Source of the DNA: Octopus bimaculoides | Lineage: Eukaryota | Assembly (NCBI RefSeq): GCF_001194135.2 | Contig: NC_068983.1 | Span: 30,137,161 to 30,188,883 of the forward strand | DNA: 51,723 bases | Direction: 5' to 3' | In this document: positions 10,090-21,267 of the stretch, one piece after another | Numbering within the stretch: position 1 is the stretch's first letter | How the letters are laid out: each line of letters starts with the position of its first letter | Notes under the pieces: model-generated | What the model saw: the letters and a program-made list of their open reading frames with translations, nothing else | Database searches by the model: none | What the model was told of the DNA's origin: nothing | Program-made: the position numbers and the translations under genes

Positions 10090-10608
10090 TAGAAGAAATG
10101 GTGTGAAGCATTTCGTCCGGTGTGCTAGCGATTCTGCCAGCTCGTCGCCTTAATGAATTCCCTCACAATAATGACCGTTAATGTACCATTTAGCATTTTT
10201 TAGAAAAGGATTATGATTTTCATGATTACGTCTAAGTCATTACTAATAAATCGTTATTCAACATTATTCAACTTGCATTTATCATCCTGCATTATAAGGT
10301 CCTTTCAGTAGAAGTAGACTGCACAACGACGTGTAAAATGTGCAAGGTAGGCTGCACGTTAAAGTGTAAACGGTCAGGTTAAAGTCAAAATGGAACCGTT
10401 TCTTTTGTACAACTTGTATTTTATCACACAGGCACACGTTTGGCTGCCATCCTACTTTTTCACATCATCTGATGTTACTCGGTGCTTTATCAATTTAATT
10501 ATGCAACCATCATTTACCTCAACGCACCGTTAACGTTTGACGGCTAAACTTAGCAAATGCTCGAAATTCTGTCTTCTAGAAACAATCAAAGGTATTTGAC
10601 AACGTTTC

Positions 10609-10834
10609 ATGTATGTATGTATGTATGTATGTATGTATTTGTATACATATGTATATATGCGTGTGTGTATATATATGTATATATTATGTATGTGTGTACG
10701 TGTGCGCGTGTGTGTGTGTATGTGTATAATATATACATACATACATACACACACACACACATATATATATATATATTATATATATATATACATACATATA
10801 CACAATTACACGTGCGTGAATATATGCTTCTCAC

Positions 10835-10909
<75 letters not shown>

Positions 10910-10990
10910 TTAATACATAAATACAATGTAAATATATGTATGTGTGTGTGTATATTTATATGCATATGTATGTGTATATCTATATATGCA
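10609..10990 (+). repeat. Compound TATG/TA/CA/TCTG microsatellite
   Basis: Directly visible. Confidence 0.95.
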
Positions 10991-12620
10991 TAGGTGTGTG
11001 TAGTGTAAATATGGAGAAGTGTGGTGTGGTGTGAGCGCGTATCATCATCATCATCATCGTCGTCGTCATCATCACATCTTCGTCATAGCGATCATCATAT
11101 TATGTCAGCTTTTCCATGCTGGCACAGTATATTTGTTTACGTATTTTATGCCAAAAACACTGAGTGATCAGTACACATTTGTGTTAAAAGTGTGTAGAAT
11201 CTATCATAAATGTGCGTAAGTAAACCGGATTATTTCCTCATGCCTAAAGGTTTCGTGCAACTGACGTTAATCAACCAGTTGATCTTAGTCAATCTCCACG
11301 AAGCATTTAGGTATGAAGAAATGACTCGGTTTGCCAACACACATATATGCACACACACATATATATATACACAAAATTATTATTAAAAACTGAAATTTTA
11401 CGCTAATAAAAGTTATACCTCTGCAACAAACATTGAGTACATTTTCGCTTAATTGACGTGTGCATCAGTATAACCTATCTATCTATCTATCTATCTATCT
11501 ATGTTTTTGTCTGTCCCTCCGTCCATCCATCAGTCCATCCATCCATATCCATCCATTCATCCATATCTTTCGTTGACGAAACTCAACATGTCGAAACACC
11601 CATGTCCCAGAATCCTTTGCGCTAATGAGCCGAGTGTGTTGGATACACTGTTGTCGTAAATGGGAGAAATGATTCTCTTCTGATAGCGGCCAACATGTTT
11701 TGTGTCTGAATCTGCCTAGACGTGTTAAGAATAATCGTTCCGCTAAGATATATTTTGTCGTATGCGGACATGAAGAAAAAATCTCACTCTTGGTATTAAT
11801 ACAGTCCATGGAGGTTCTTCTTCTAAATGTGTGAGCTCGTTCAAACCTCGATTACATCGAACGCAGTTCTTAAACCGTCTTGTTTTTACCAGTGTTTTAC
11901 AAATGGCGAAATAAATTAATATTTTGATCATGAAACTCCGGATAGCTTTATTTCACAAGGCTTTACTCTCTTAACTGATCGCGTGGTATACTTCTTTTTA
12001 AGCTTCATACCACACACACATATTAGTGTCGAGTTCTTTGTTTAAATTACGGCATCATCTCTGAAAATTCTAACCCCCAGTAAGAATAATCTTCTGATGT
12101 TCATACATTTGGAAAGATACGAACGACTTCACCATCCTATTTATCTATCTCGCTCCAAAGCTAAGGCCACGTTACATTAAAAACAGTCTTTATTTCTAAC
12201 CATATTTATTTTGTCTTTTCTTCAAAGAATAATCACTTGGCAGAAAATGTAGGGAAACAGATAAAGTGCTTAACAACTGTAAAAGAAATGAACAGTAAGC
12301 TAAAAAAGAAAACGGTGTAGATTGTAATGAATATTAATTTACTGTGAGCCTCGAAAATTTCGTTTAAGCGTGTATTCTTTTGTTGCTGCCGTTGTTAACC
12401 CCACATCAGCCTCTGATCAAGCAGGATATGTTCAAACAGTTGCATTGCCAATAGGGGAGCAAAGAGAACAACCGCTCCCCACGAGCACATTTTTCAAAAT
12501 TGGCGCCTTTTCAACAATTTTCTAAAACACTTTAGTTCACTTGTGCGATAAAAGTCGAATATTTCTCTTCTTTTTTTTTGTTAGGCGCATGACCTTGGTA
12601 GAACTTTATTAGACCAAACT

Positions 12621-12810
12621 CACGTGTTTTAAAATTGTCTGCTCAATTTCCGGTGATATATTGGTGACCGTTGACATCTGAAGAATCGAAACAAACCCTG
12701 ACGTCATAACCTTTAGACGTTGGACGAAGTTTCGTGAAGTTTTGTTTTTTTCACCTCACACTTATATCAGAAGTTGTAAGTATAGCGGCACAAGCAGTCA
12801 GCGCCATGTT
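12621..12810. promoter_or_regulatory. Candidate promoter motif cluster
   Basis: E-box CACGTG at 12621, ETS-like TTCCGG at 12648, CRE TGACGTCA at 12699 and YY1-type CGCCATGTT at 12802, within a CpG-rich non-repeat island. Confidence 0.45.
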
Positions 12811-13070
12811 GGATGAGATCTAGCGGCAGACATTGCCATCTCCGAGACTGGAGCGAGATCTCACCTGCATCCATTTGCCATGCGCGAGATCACAACGAGG
12901 CTCGCGATGGCAAACTGGATAAAACAGCCAAGCAACCAGATTCGATCTCTCTTTTCCCCTGCGACCGCTTGCAGAGCACACTTCACAGGTTGAGCCTCTA
13001 GGCTAATCCACTTGTCGCATCTCCTGCGGCAATGGGCCCGCGTAACGGAGAACGACGAATTCACACCTCA
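12811..13070. other. CpG-rich, multi-hairpin island of unknown function (candidate structured ncRNA or 5' UTR)
   Basis: 8-bp stem 12814-12821/12856-12863 enclosing two small hairpins. 19-bp bulged hairpin at 12869-12920. TGCGAC/GTCGCA pairing at 12960/13014. Confidence 0.4.
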
Positions 13071-14003
13071 TGAGATGGCTGCAAAGAGCAACGTACTACA
13101 CCCTTGTATATATTGTAAATAAAACTAATGGAGAACCTGCGTTTTGCCTAATACTTCTTTACTCGACTGCTGGAGCCTTAAACAACACGAAGAACAAGAA
13201 ATTAACGGGAGAAGGCGATATTCAACCAATATCGAGAACCTTGCCTCCCATTATATAAGTTTCATACATTATGACATTGTTAGTGAAACACGAGATTAAT
13301 GAATGTAGAATACAATTACGCATATTGTAACCAATGAAACATTTCGCGTAATATAAGAGAAATGAATTTAAAATGGTCTGGTATGTGTCATGGCGCCTTT
13401 AACTTTAGAACCTGGCTACGCTACTGCGTTCAAATGCACTCGAGCTGTGACCGTTCCATCTTTTTTTTTCTCTTTAGAACTACATAATTTAAGACGTCCT
13501 TTCTTCATTTGTTGTTATCGTTAAGTTTAGCCCTAGGTTAGCCTCGATCAAGCAGCTGATCTATGATCAAAAGGTTTCAAACTATAACGTTTACTCTTCT
13601 CCCCGAAGACGTAAACGTTTACAGTGGACTCAAAATAGGATGTGCACTCAGAGAAATTTGCCTGCTATTTCAAGCCGTTTGAAGGTGCGCATAGCTGTCC
13701 CCACTTTATCATGGTGATTACATTTCTCACCGAAAGTTCACGTTGCCGTTCATCTCTTCAATTTGGATAAAGTAAAGACAATATACAGGGAACTGATTCA
13801 ATCCACCGTTCACTTCTCTCAAATTCTTGGCCTTTTGTCACTGTAAGAAATATTCCTTATGTTATTACAAAAACCAGTAGCATAACTAGGGGAGGGAAGG
13901 GTCGAATGGCGGGGTATGAGGAGGGCTTCCCCCACCGACTGATGCTTTTTTGAGGTAGTACTTTTGGGTTCACTGCTTAAGCGTGTATAAGTCTATATTA
14001 GAA

Positions 14004-14262
14004 TATTGGGCTGTCAGATAAGTTCATTCGCTTCTTTTTTAAAACTACATTTTTATTTTAACCCTTCCCAATGTTATTTGAATTAAGACGAAAAATACTT
14101 TTATCGCAGTGTTTCATGTTTTTGGTAGCTCTATTCTTTCTCTACAACTTTTGTTTATCGTTTTCGAAATTTGAATAAATTTTATTTCTTTTCAGTCTTA
14201 AGACGATGGAATGCCAAATAGAAAAAAAAAAAAGCCGAACGAATTTATCTGAAAACCCAATA
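14004..14262 (+). mobile_element. Mariner deletion derivative (MITE)
   Basis: TIRs TATTGGGCTGTCAGATAAGTTCATTCGCTT and AAGCCGAACGAATTTATCTGAAAACCCAATA. ATGGAATGCCAAATAGAAAAA resembles a transposase start just before the right TIR. Confidence 0.8.
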
Positions 14263-14420
14263 AAAGTGATTTTAATGTCGGGACACAGCTCAACTCACAG
14301 TTTTCGATTAGAATAACTTTGACTACGGCCTATGTCAGGGATGTGTCGTGAATAATTGCGCAGTGAGGGCAGCCAGCCAAACTTTGTAAATATAAACTGA
14401 TAAGAGAAACCATTTAGTAC

Positions 14421-14438
14421 TTATTTATTTTTATTTTA

Positions 14439-14520
<82 letters not shown>

Positions 14521-14525
14521 TTATT
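14421..14525 (+). repeat. (TTA)n microsatellite
   Basis: Directly visible. Confidence 0.97.
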
Positions 14526-16139
14526 TTTTTTTTACATATTTTTGATGTAATTTACTTATTGTCGCATGGAGCTGAAGTGTTATACTTACGGCGTGGTGGT
14601 GGTGCTGCTGCAAACTCAAGGTCTGTCCTGGGCGGTACTGATTCTAACAAAGTTACTTTTTTAATAAAACTCTCATATTTTTTAAAGTCTGGGACTTATT
14701 CAATCGGTCTCTATTTCCGAACCGCTAAGTTACGGGGACGTAAACAAACCAACAGTTTACTGACAAAATATTCGACATTTTGTTGCCGTTTTTGTTTATC
14801 CCTAAATTAGGCGGAAGTGAGCAGGCCTATGATGAAAGATTGCGTTTATCTCCTGGTTATCTCTGACCGAGGAGGCCCATGAACAAGGACATTCTAGCTG
14901 CGATGTTGAGTGAGATATGTTTGCTATTCCTAGCAGAATGAGGGATTACGTTGAGGCCCCACTCTATTATTCTAGTTTCAATTTTCACCATCTCATCTTT
15001 TATTTGACTACATTATCCAATGTACATTGCCCTTTTAGAGAGAATTGGCTTTTATTTCTAACAGGTCGATCAACCACATAAAAACATCCTCATCGGTTCA
15101 ATTACTTACTCTTTGTTAAAATCCAATGAATTTCATTCATGAAGTAACTTCACTCAGCAAGTTTAACAGCCCCTTTAACTATTTCAGCCAGATGGAATAT
15201 TCCTACGCCATTTTCCCTACCTCACTTTATAGATGTTTCTTTTTTCTCTACCTTTGAATACTACTACTTCTTATCTTCTTTCCTCATATTTAATTCGTCC
15301 CTCCATAAACGAAATGTTTCCTGTTCTGGTTTTGCCTCAATCTAACATCGCTGCCATACCAGCCTAATTAGCTATAAAACATAGATATAGGATAAGGATA
15401 ATCGCAAAACTGGAGCAAGAAAACAAACAAATAAACAAGGAATAAGGCAATCGTTACCTCTGTAATAATTTATTTTACGTTCTGACAGCTTATTCAACTG
15501 TCTTTCTCTCAGTTCATATTTTCCTTGTCGGTAGCAAACTGAAGAGAGTGGCCCTATGCAGTCGTTTGATCCGCTATAAATAGCAGTACAAATGCAGAAT
15601 CCAACCCTAACCGTTTTCTATCATTTTAAATAATAAAGGGCACATTCATTTTGGGACAATATCTAAAAGATTGTGAAGTAATATTTATCCTTATTTAAAC
15701 ATGGATATTCTGTTAGAACAAACTATACTGCGGTAGTTATCACGAGAAAAACTCTAATATTGGTGTCTGGTGCAAAATGCACTCCTGTTTGTATCGCCAG
15801 CGAGGAGACATCCCCGCCATCTCCAACGCCAAGAGCACCAGATCACGTTATTTCGATTTTTTTTTGGTCTTGTCAATGAAGGACACTCGTCCGCTACAGA
15901 CAACAGCGATTCATCTCCCAGCCAGTGAATATATAGAATAACAGTGCTTACAGGTTAATCGCTGGTGTCGCGATTAACTTGTGAGCTTGTTAAAAAATAT
16001 TTGATGTGTTAAATTGTTAAGGAGAGATTAAAGCAACTTAGACTTCTCAAAGTATGGTACAAAGGACAAGCAACTGGTAGTTGAGAGATTTGGACGAGAT
16101 GTGTAACGACTCAGATGTCATTCAATAGTTGTCTGTAGC

Positions 16140-16302
16140 TTTTTGACCTTTTATCTTTTACTTGTTTCAGTCATTGGAGTGCGGCCAAGCTGGGGTACCG
16201 CCTTCAAAACCGACCCCAGTTCATATTTTTTAAAGTCTGGGATTTATTCAATCGGTCTCTATTTCCGAACCGCTAAGTTACGGGGACGTAAACAAACCAA
16301 CA
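16140..16302 (-). mobile_element. Family-B SINE 3' tail
   Basis: Homologous to the tail of 36196-36617 (CCAGCATGGCC.CAGTC.AATGACTGAAAC). Confidence 0.7.
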
Positions 16303-16330
16303 ATGTATGTATGGAAGCCAGATGCATACA

Positions 16331-16361
<31 letters not shown>

Positions 16362-16984
16362 GTGATGGCCATCCACTCGTGACCGAGGAAGACCATTGCC
16401 GACCTTCAGGAACATTGTGCGCTCTAGGACTAATATTTTGCATTTGTGGCTCCATTGGTGGCTAATGAGCCCTGCTCTTGACAAGCATGCACGACTGCAA
16501 ACATTGCAAATCAATCTTTCCCCATTCACATACATACATACATACATACATACATACATGCATACCATCATAGAAGTTAGCTGCCCTGCAGATATAAATA
16601 TCTCTTTGAAAATCAAAGAAAAAAGAGGCTATTTATGGACAACTGCTTCGAAATCTCCAGCTTCTATATCCAGACTATGAATTCATATTCATACCAATAA
16701 TAATTAGAGCACTAGGTTTTGTTAGTAAATGCTTAAAGGAGAATCTGGATAAATTGGGATTTTGAGAAAGAGAAATCGACCAGCTAATTCGTACATTACA
16801 AGTGCAATCTGAGTGGAACAGTAAGAATATGTAAGGGTCTTCTCAAGTTCCAAATGTGAATTTGTCTACGTTAACTACATTCCAAAGATGAAACCTAGTA
16901 TCATTGTTGGAAATCGGCTCCTTCCTCAGTGAAAGATTTATAATATTAAAAAATAGAAGAGATATACATACATACATACACATA

Positions 16985-17036
16985 TACGTACAACCGGTTT
17001 CCACACACAATACGTACAACCGGTTTCCACACACAA
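16985..17036 (+). repeat. Perfect 26-bp tandem duplication
   Basis: TACGTACAACCGGTTTCCACACACAA twice. Confidence 0.95.
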
Positions 17037-17069
17037 TTTTCGTCTATCAAATCTACTCGCAAGACATTA

Positions 17070-17180
17070 ACTGGCTCGGAACTATAGCAAAAGATACTAA
17101 CCCAAGCTGTCGGTAAGTAGGACTGAACCCAAACCACATGGTTGCAAAGCGAGCTTCTTAATCACAAAACCATGCCCGCA
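17070..17180 (-). mobile_element. Family-B SINE, degenerate 5' part
   Basis: GGACTGAACCCAAACCACATGGTTGCAAAGCGAGCTTCTTAATCAC. Confidence 0.7.
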
Positions 17181-17274
17181 CTCTCGATAGAAATTTCATA
17201 ATTAATTCAGAAGATTTAACATGTATGTATGTGTGTATGTATGTATGTATGTATGTATGTATGTATGTGTGTGT

Positions 17275-17316
<42 letters not shown>

Positions 17317-17812
17317 ATGCTACTAATGGTTCTACTATTGGCTACAATATAGCCGAATGGTTAAAAAGTTCCCTTTGTGATCACAAGGCCCAGAGTTCTA
17401 TACCAAACACAGCCATCTTAGGCATTCTTCAAGTTTTTTCTACCCCAAAATATTTTTTCGTTAAGATTTAATGTCATTGTTGCTGAATCATTTCTGCAAA
17501 TGTGAATGCAAGTGGATCGCCAACAGGACCGACGATGAGTTATTCGATAAACTGAATTACCGACTCATTTCAGCCAACTGGCAGAAGACCAAAATACTCT
17601 CGTGGTAACATGCTAACACACGTTTTCCGTCTCCTCTCATGTAAATGGTATTTCATACACATGGAGAGGCTATAAGTGTCTCGGCAAACGGCCACGTTAC
17701 TAACGCCACATATATTTAATGAAATATGTATGTATGTATGTATGTATGTATGCATCTCTCTGTCTGTCTGTCTGTCTGTCTATTTATCTACCTACCTACC
17801 TACCTACCTACC

Positions 17813-19012
17813 TACCAGGTTGAGTCAAAAGATTTTTGTTTGAAGTTTTGATTAATAGTTAAAACAAATTACATGCACAAAACGTTTCTTCATCGAAATA
17901 TATCACATCGTATTCTGTTGTCTGTTGCCATCGTTGTGCCAGAAGCACAACTCCATGCTTATACTATTTGGCTTGTTTAGAGTAAAAAAAATCTCCCCTG
18001 AACCCGTTTTCAATCTCATCCATATTGTTCAATCTCCGTCTGTGCAGGAAATGATCCATGGCTCAGAAAAGGTGGTGATCTGATGGTGCAAGGTCTGGGC
18101 TGTAGGCAGGGTGAGGCAGCAATTTTAACACTCCAAGTTCCTGAAGTTTGCGCTTGGTCACATTGGCAGTGCGTGCTGGGGCATTGCCATGCTGTAGGAA
18201 GGTGCGTCTGCTGTTAACCAATACCAATTAGCGGGCTTTCAAAGCATCATATACTCGCTGCAGTTGTTCATAAAGGTAGTGTTCACAGCATGACCATTTG
18301 AGACAAGCTCAAAGTGCAACACTTCCTAGAAATTCCACCAAGTGCACAGCATGACCACTTTTGTTCAAACCGCCCTTGTTTGATATCAGGTTCTGAAACT
18401 TGGCCAGGGCGAAGCCACTGATTTCTGTTATTAGGACTATGAAAACAGATCCAGTTTTCATCCCAGTTACAATTCGACGCCAAAAAAACGAACATCTCGA
18501 AGATTTGCTAGCAGTTGTTTGCATGTGTTCACACGCCGTTGAACCTGGTATTTGGTTAATTCATGAGGAACTTCTCGACAGCGCATCTTCACAAGGAGGT
18601 GTCGATTGATGGTGCAATTGTGAAGAACCATGTTCAACCGACAATGTATTATGAGTGTTTGTGCTTGGCTGTTGTTCAACTATTTCAAGCAAGGCCTTAT
18701 CTTCCACTACAGAAGGTCTCTGACTTTGGTTTGTCTTCGAGGCTGGTGTCACCTTTCTTGAAACGTCTGACCAGTTTTGCGCCACACACCATTAATTTCT
18801 TTTGTCTCTGCCCTTGCACTCGGTTCTTTTTTTCAAAGGTAGCGTAAAATGGTTCTGATTGAAACTTTTTTTACCGTTCATATTCAAACTGTAAAATAAA
18901 GAATAAACAATTCATCAACGATTGGACAAGTTGTATCAAATTAAAGATATAACATATAAGTTGAAAAAATCGTAAATGAAAACCCGAAAAAAAATTTTAA
19001 TTCAGCCTTGCA
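17813..19012 (-). mobile_element. Near full-length decayed mariner (D,D34D-type) transposon
   Basis: Minus-strand frames give EVPHEL, IVTG-DENW, QWLRPGQ and PHPAYSPDLAPSDHHLF with many frameshifts and stops. ATG at 18881. Degenerate TIRs, about 1.2 kb. Confidence 0.92.
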
Positions 19013-19068
19013 TGTCCATCCATCCATCCATCCACCCACCCACCCACACATATTTCTGTGAAAAGCAT

Positions 19069-19304
19069 ATTTTTATTTCTTTATTCCTCACAGGGAGCTA
19101 AACATAGAGAGGACAAACAAGGACAGACAAAGGGATTGATTAAGTCGATTACATCGACCCCAGTACGCAACTGCTACTTAATTTATCCACCCCGAAAGGA
19201 TGAAAGGCAAAGTCGACCTTTGCGGGATTTGAACTCAGAGTGTAACGGCAGAGGAAATACTGCTAAGCATTTCGCCCGGCGTGCTAACGTTTCTGCCAGC
19301 TCGC
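19069..19304 (-). mobile_element. Family-A SINE, full length, 13-bp TSD
   Basis: TSD CTGTGAAAAGCAT at 19056-19068 and 19305-19317. Confidence 0.92.
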
Positions 19305-19335
19305 CTGTGAAAAGCATGTTGCCAATAGTATTACT

Positions 19336-19831
19336 CTATTCATCATTAGAATTCTCTACAATAGGCTCTAGACCTTCAATATTTTCTTCAAATAATGCAT
19401 TGTCTTCAATATCATCTAGGTCAGCCATTTTCAGTCATTTTCACCATGGCTCGCCTAGGAACTTTTCAGATCCCTGGACCCCATTCTTCTGAAACTTACA
19501 AATTTCTTCCATTGATTTCAATACAATATGAACAAATAGATAGCCAGTTGCTCCCTTCAAATGTGGCAATGTTCCACAAGGGCTCCCATTTAGGATAACT
19601 GATCTTGAGCATTACTTGTTCAATATATTTCAATGATTTGCCAACCACTTCTTTTACAGCTTTGCATAAACTTTTATTAAATATCCATGCATTAATAGAT
19701 CTCTTCCTTCTTCCTATCTGTGTCACTTCAAAATCCGAAACCTGCATCCACAGTTCTTTTCCATTTTTTAAAATAGATCCTTGAAATATCTTATTGAATG
19801 AGATAGTTATGACAGCTAAAGCTTCAGATAT
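19336..19831 (-). pseudogene. Unidentified decayed coding-like segment
   Basis: 111 open codons (19831-19496) overlap a second frame that ends in the acidic tail MADLDDIEDNALFEENIEGLEPIVENSNDE*. No family recognised. Confidence 0.35.
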
Positions 19832-20124
19832 CTAACTTCTCTTTTATAAAGCTTATTCTTAAGAGGATAAAACTGGTCCCTAAATAACCTTTTACCTTTT
19901 ACTTGTTTCAGTTATTGCATTGCAGCCATACTGAGGCATTACTTTGAAGAGTTTAGTCGAACAGATCGTCGGCTAAAGTATATTTTTGTAAGTATGGTAC
20001 TTACTATATTGATATCTTCGCCCGAATCGCAAAGTTACGTGGTCGTAAATCGGCCAAAACCGGTTGTATGCCCGTGGTGGTGGTGAAGAACAAACACAAA
20101 GACATACACAGTTATTCGAACATA

Positions 20125-20169
<45 letters not shown>

Positions 20170-20209
20170 TATATATATATACACATACACACACACATAC
20201 ACATATAAA

Positions 20210-20368
20210 CGACGAGCTGCCACACAGTTTCTGTCTACGATATTCACTCACAATGAGTTGGTCGACTCGGGGTTACAGTAAAAGACACTTGCTGAAGGTG
20301 ACGCACAGTAGGACTGAACCCAAAACTACATGGTTGCAAAGCGAGTTTCTTAACCATGCAACCGTGCT
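20210..20368 (-). mobile_element. Family-B SINE, 5' part
   Basis: Homologous to 36196-36360. Confidence 0.75.
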
Positions 20369-20917
20369 TGCCGTCCGTGGACAAGATATCTCAAGAACCA
20401 CTGGATGGATTCAGATAAAACTTTCAGGGATGTTTGGCCTTGTGACTGGCATGAACTGATTAGATTTTGTGATCGATCCGGTACCGGACAAGGATTCTGG
20501 ATTATTTTTCCTGTTTTTCTTTTACTTAATTTTTGAGAACGGTTGGGTTTATTTTTAGTGTTATCGTTTGTGAGAGCAGTCAAGCTTATTTCAGATATTC
20601 TCATTTTAAAGATTATCTCTTACTAATCGTTGGGAGGACGTTGGTGTTGCCTTGGCGGAGGTTTGCGCTCTCTGATTGCTCATGTTTCCTTTGAATTTAA
20701 CTGTCTTGTTTGATGATACTTCAAATTTCATCTATATTTGCTGTCTGTGAAAGTTCAAAATTATTTTCTTGCATTAAGTAACACACATGAGAAACTCAAC
20801 AAGTTTTACCATCTTTCTGGTCTTGTTCTAACATTCAGATATAACTTTCTGCTCACATATCTAGAGTATTATGATATTGATCTATTACTCATCGATAACT
20901 CTGTTTATATTACCTTT

Positions 20918-21131
20918 GCGAGCTGGCAGAATCGTTAACACGCTGGACAAAATGTTTAGCGGCATTTCGTTCATCTTTACGTTCTGAGTTCAAATTCTGA
21001 GAGTCCGACTTTGCCTTTCATCCTTTTTTGAGAGATCGATAAAATAAGTATCAGTTGATCACCGGGGTCGATGCAATCGACTATCCCACTCCCCTGAAAT
21101 TGCTGGCCTTGTGCCAAAATTTGATACCAGT
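20918..21131 (+). mobile_element. Family-A SINE
   Basis: Head, B-box, central block and CTTGTGCCAAAATTTG tail. Confidence 0.88.
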
Positions 21132-21267
21132 ATTATTCTCGAATGATGAATAACTCTTTTAATAATATACTGAAATGCTGAAATGCTCAGGATTCTTTGT
21201 TCTACCACACGTCTTCCCCTACGGATACACTCGTGTACATAATTACATTTATATATACACCCATGCG

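Larger units (their letters stand above)
9376..10150 (-). mobile_element. Older family-A SINE split in two (9376-9532 and 10101-10150) by the palindromic insertion
   Basis: The head (reverse complement GGCGACGAGCTGGCAGAATCGCTAGC) lies right of the insert. The central block and tail lie to its left. Confidence 0.75.

Noticed and set aside
7700-12807. Multi-exon minus-strand gene model chaining candidate exons at about 12.8, 12.25, 9.3, 9.05 and 7.9 kb
   Set aside because: Phases can be made compatible, but I chose the frames after the fact. No joined peptide resembles a known protein, and a similar-looking candidate (10.52-10.58 kb) is closed in all three frames.
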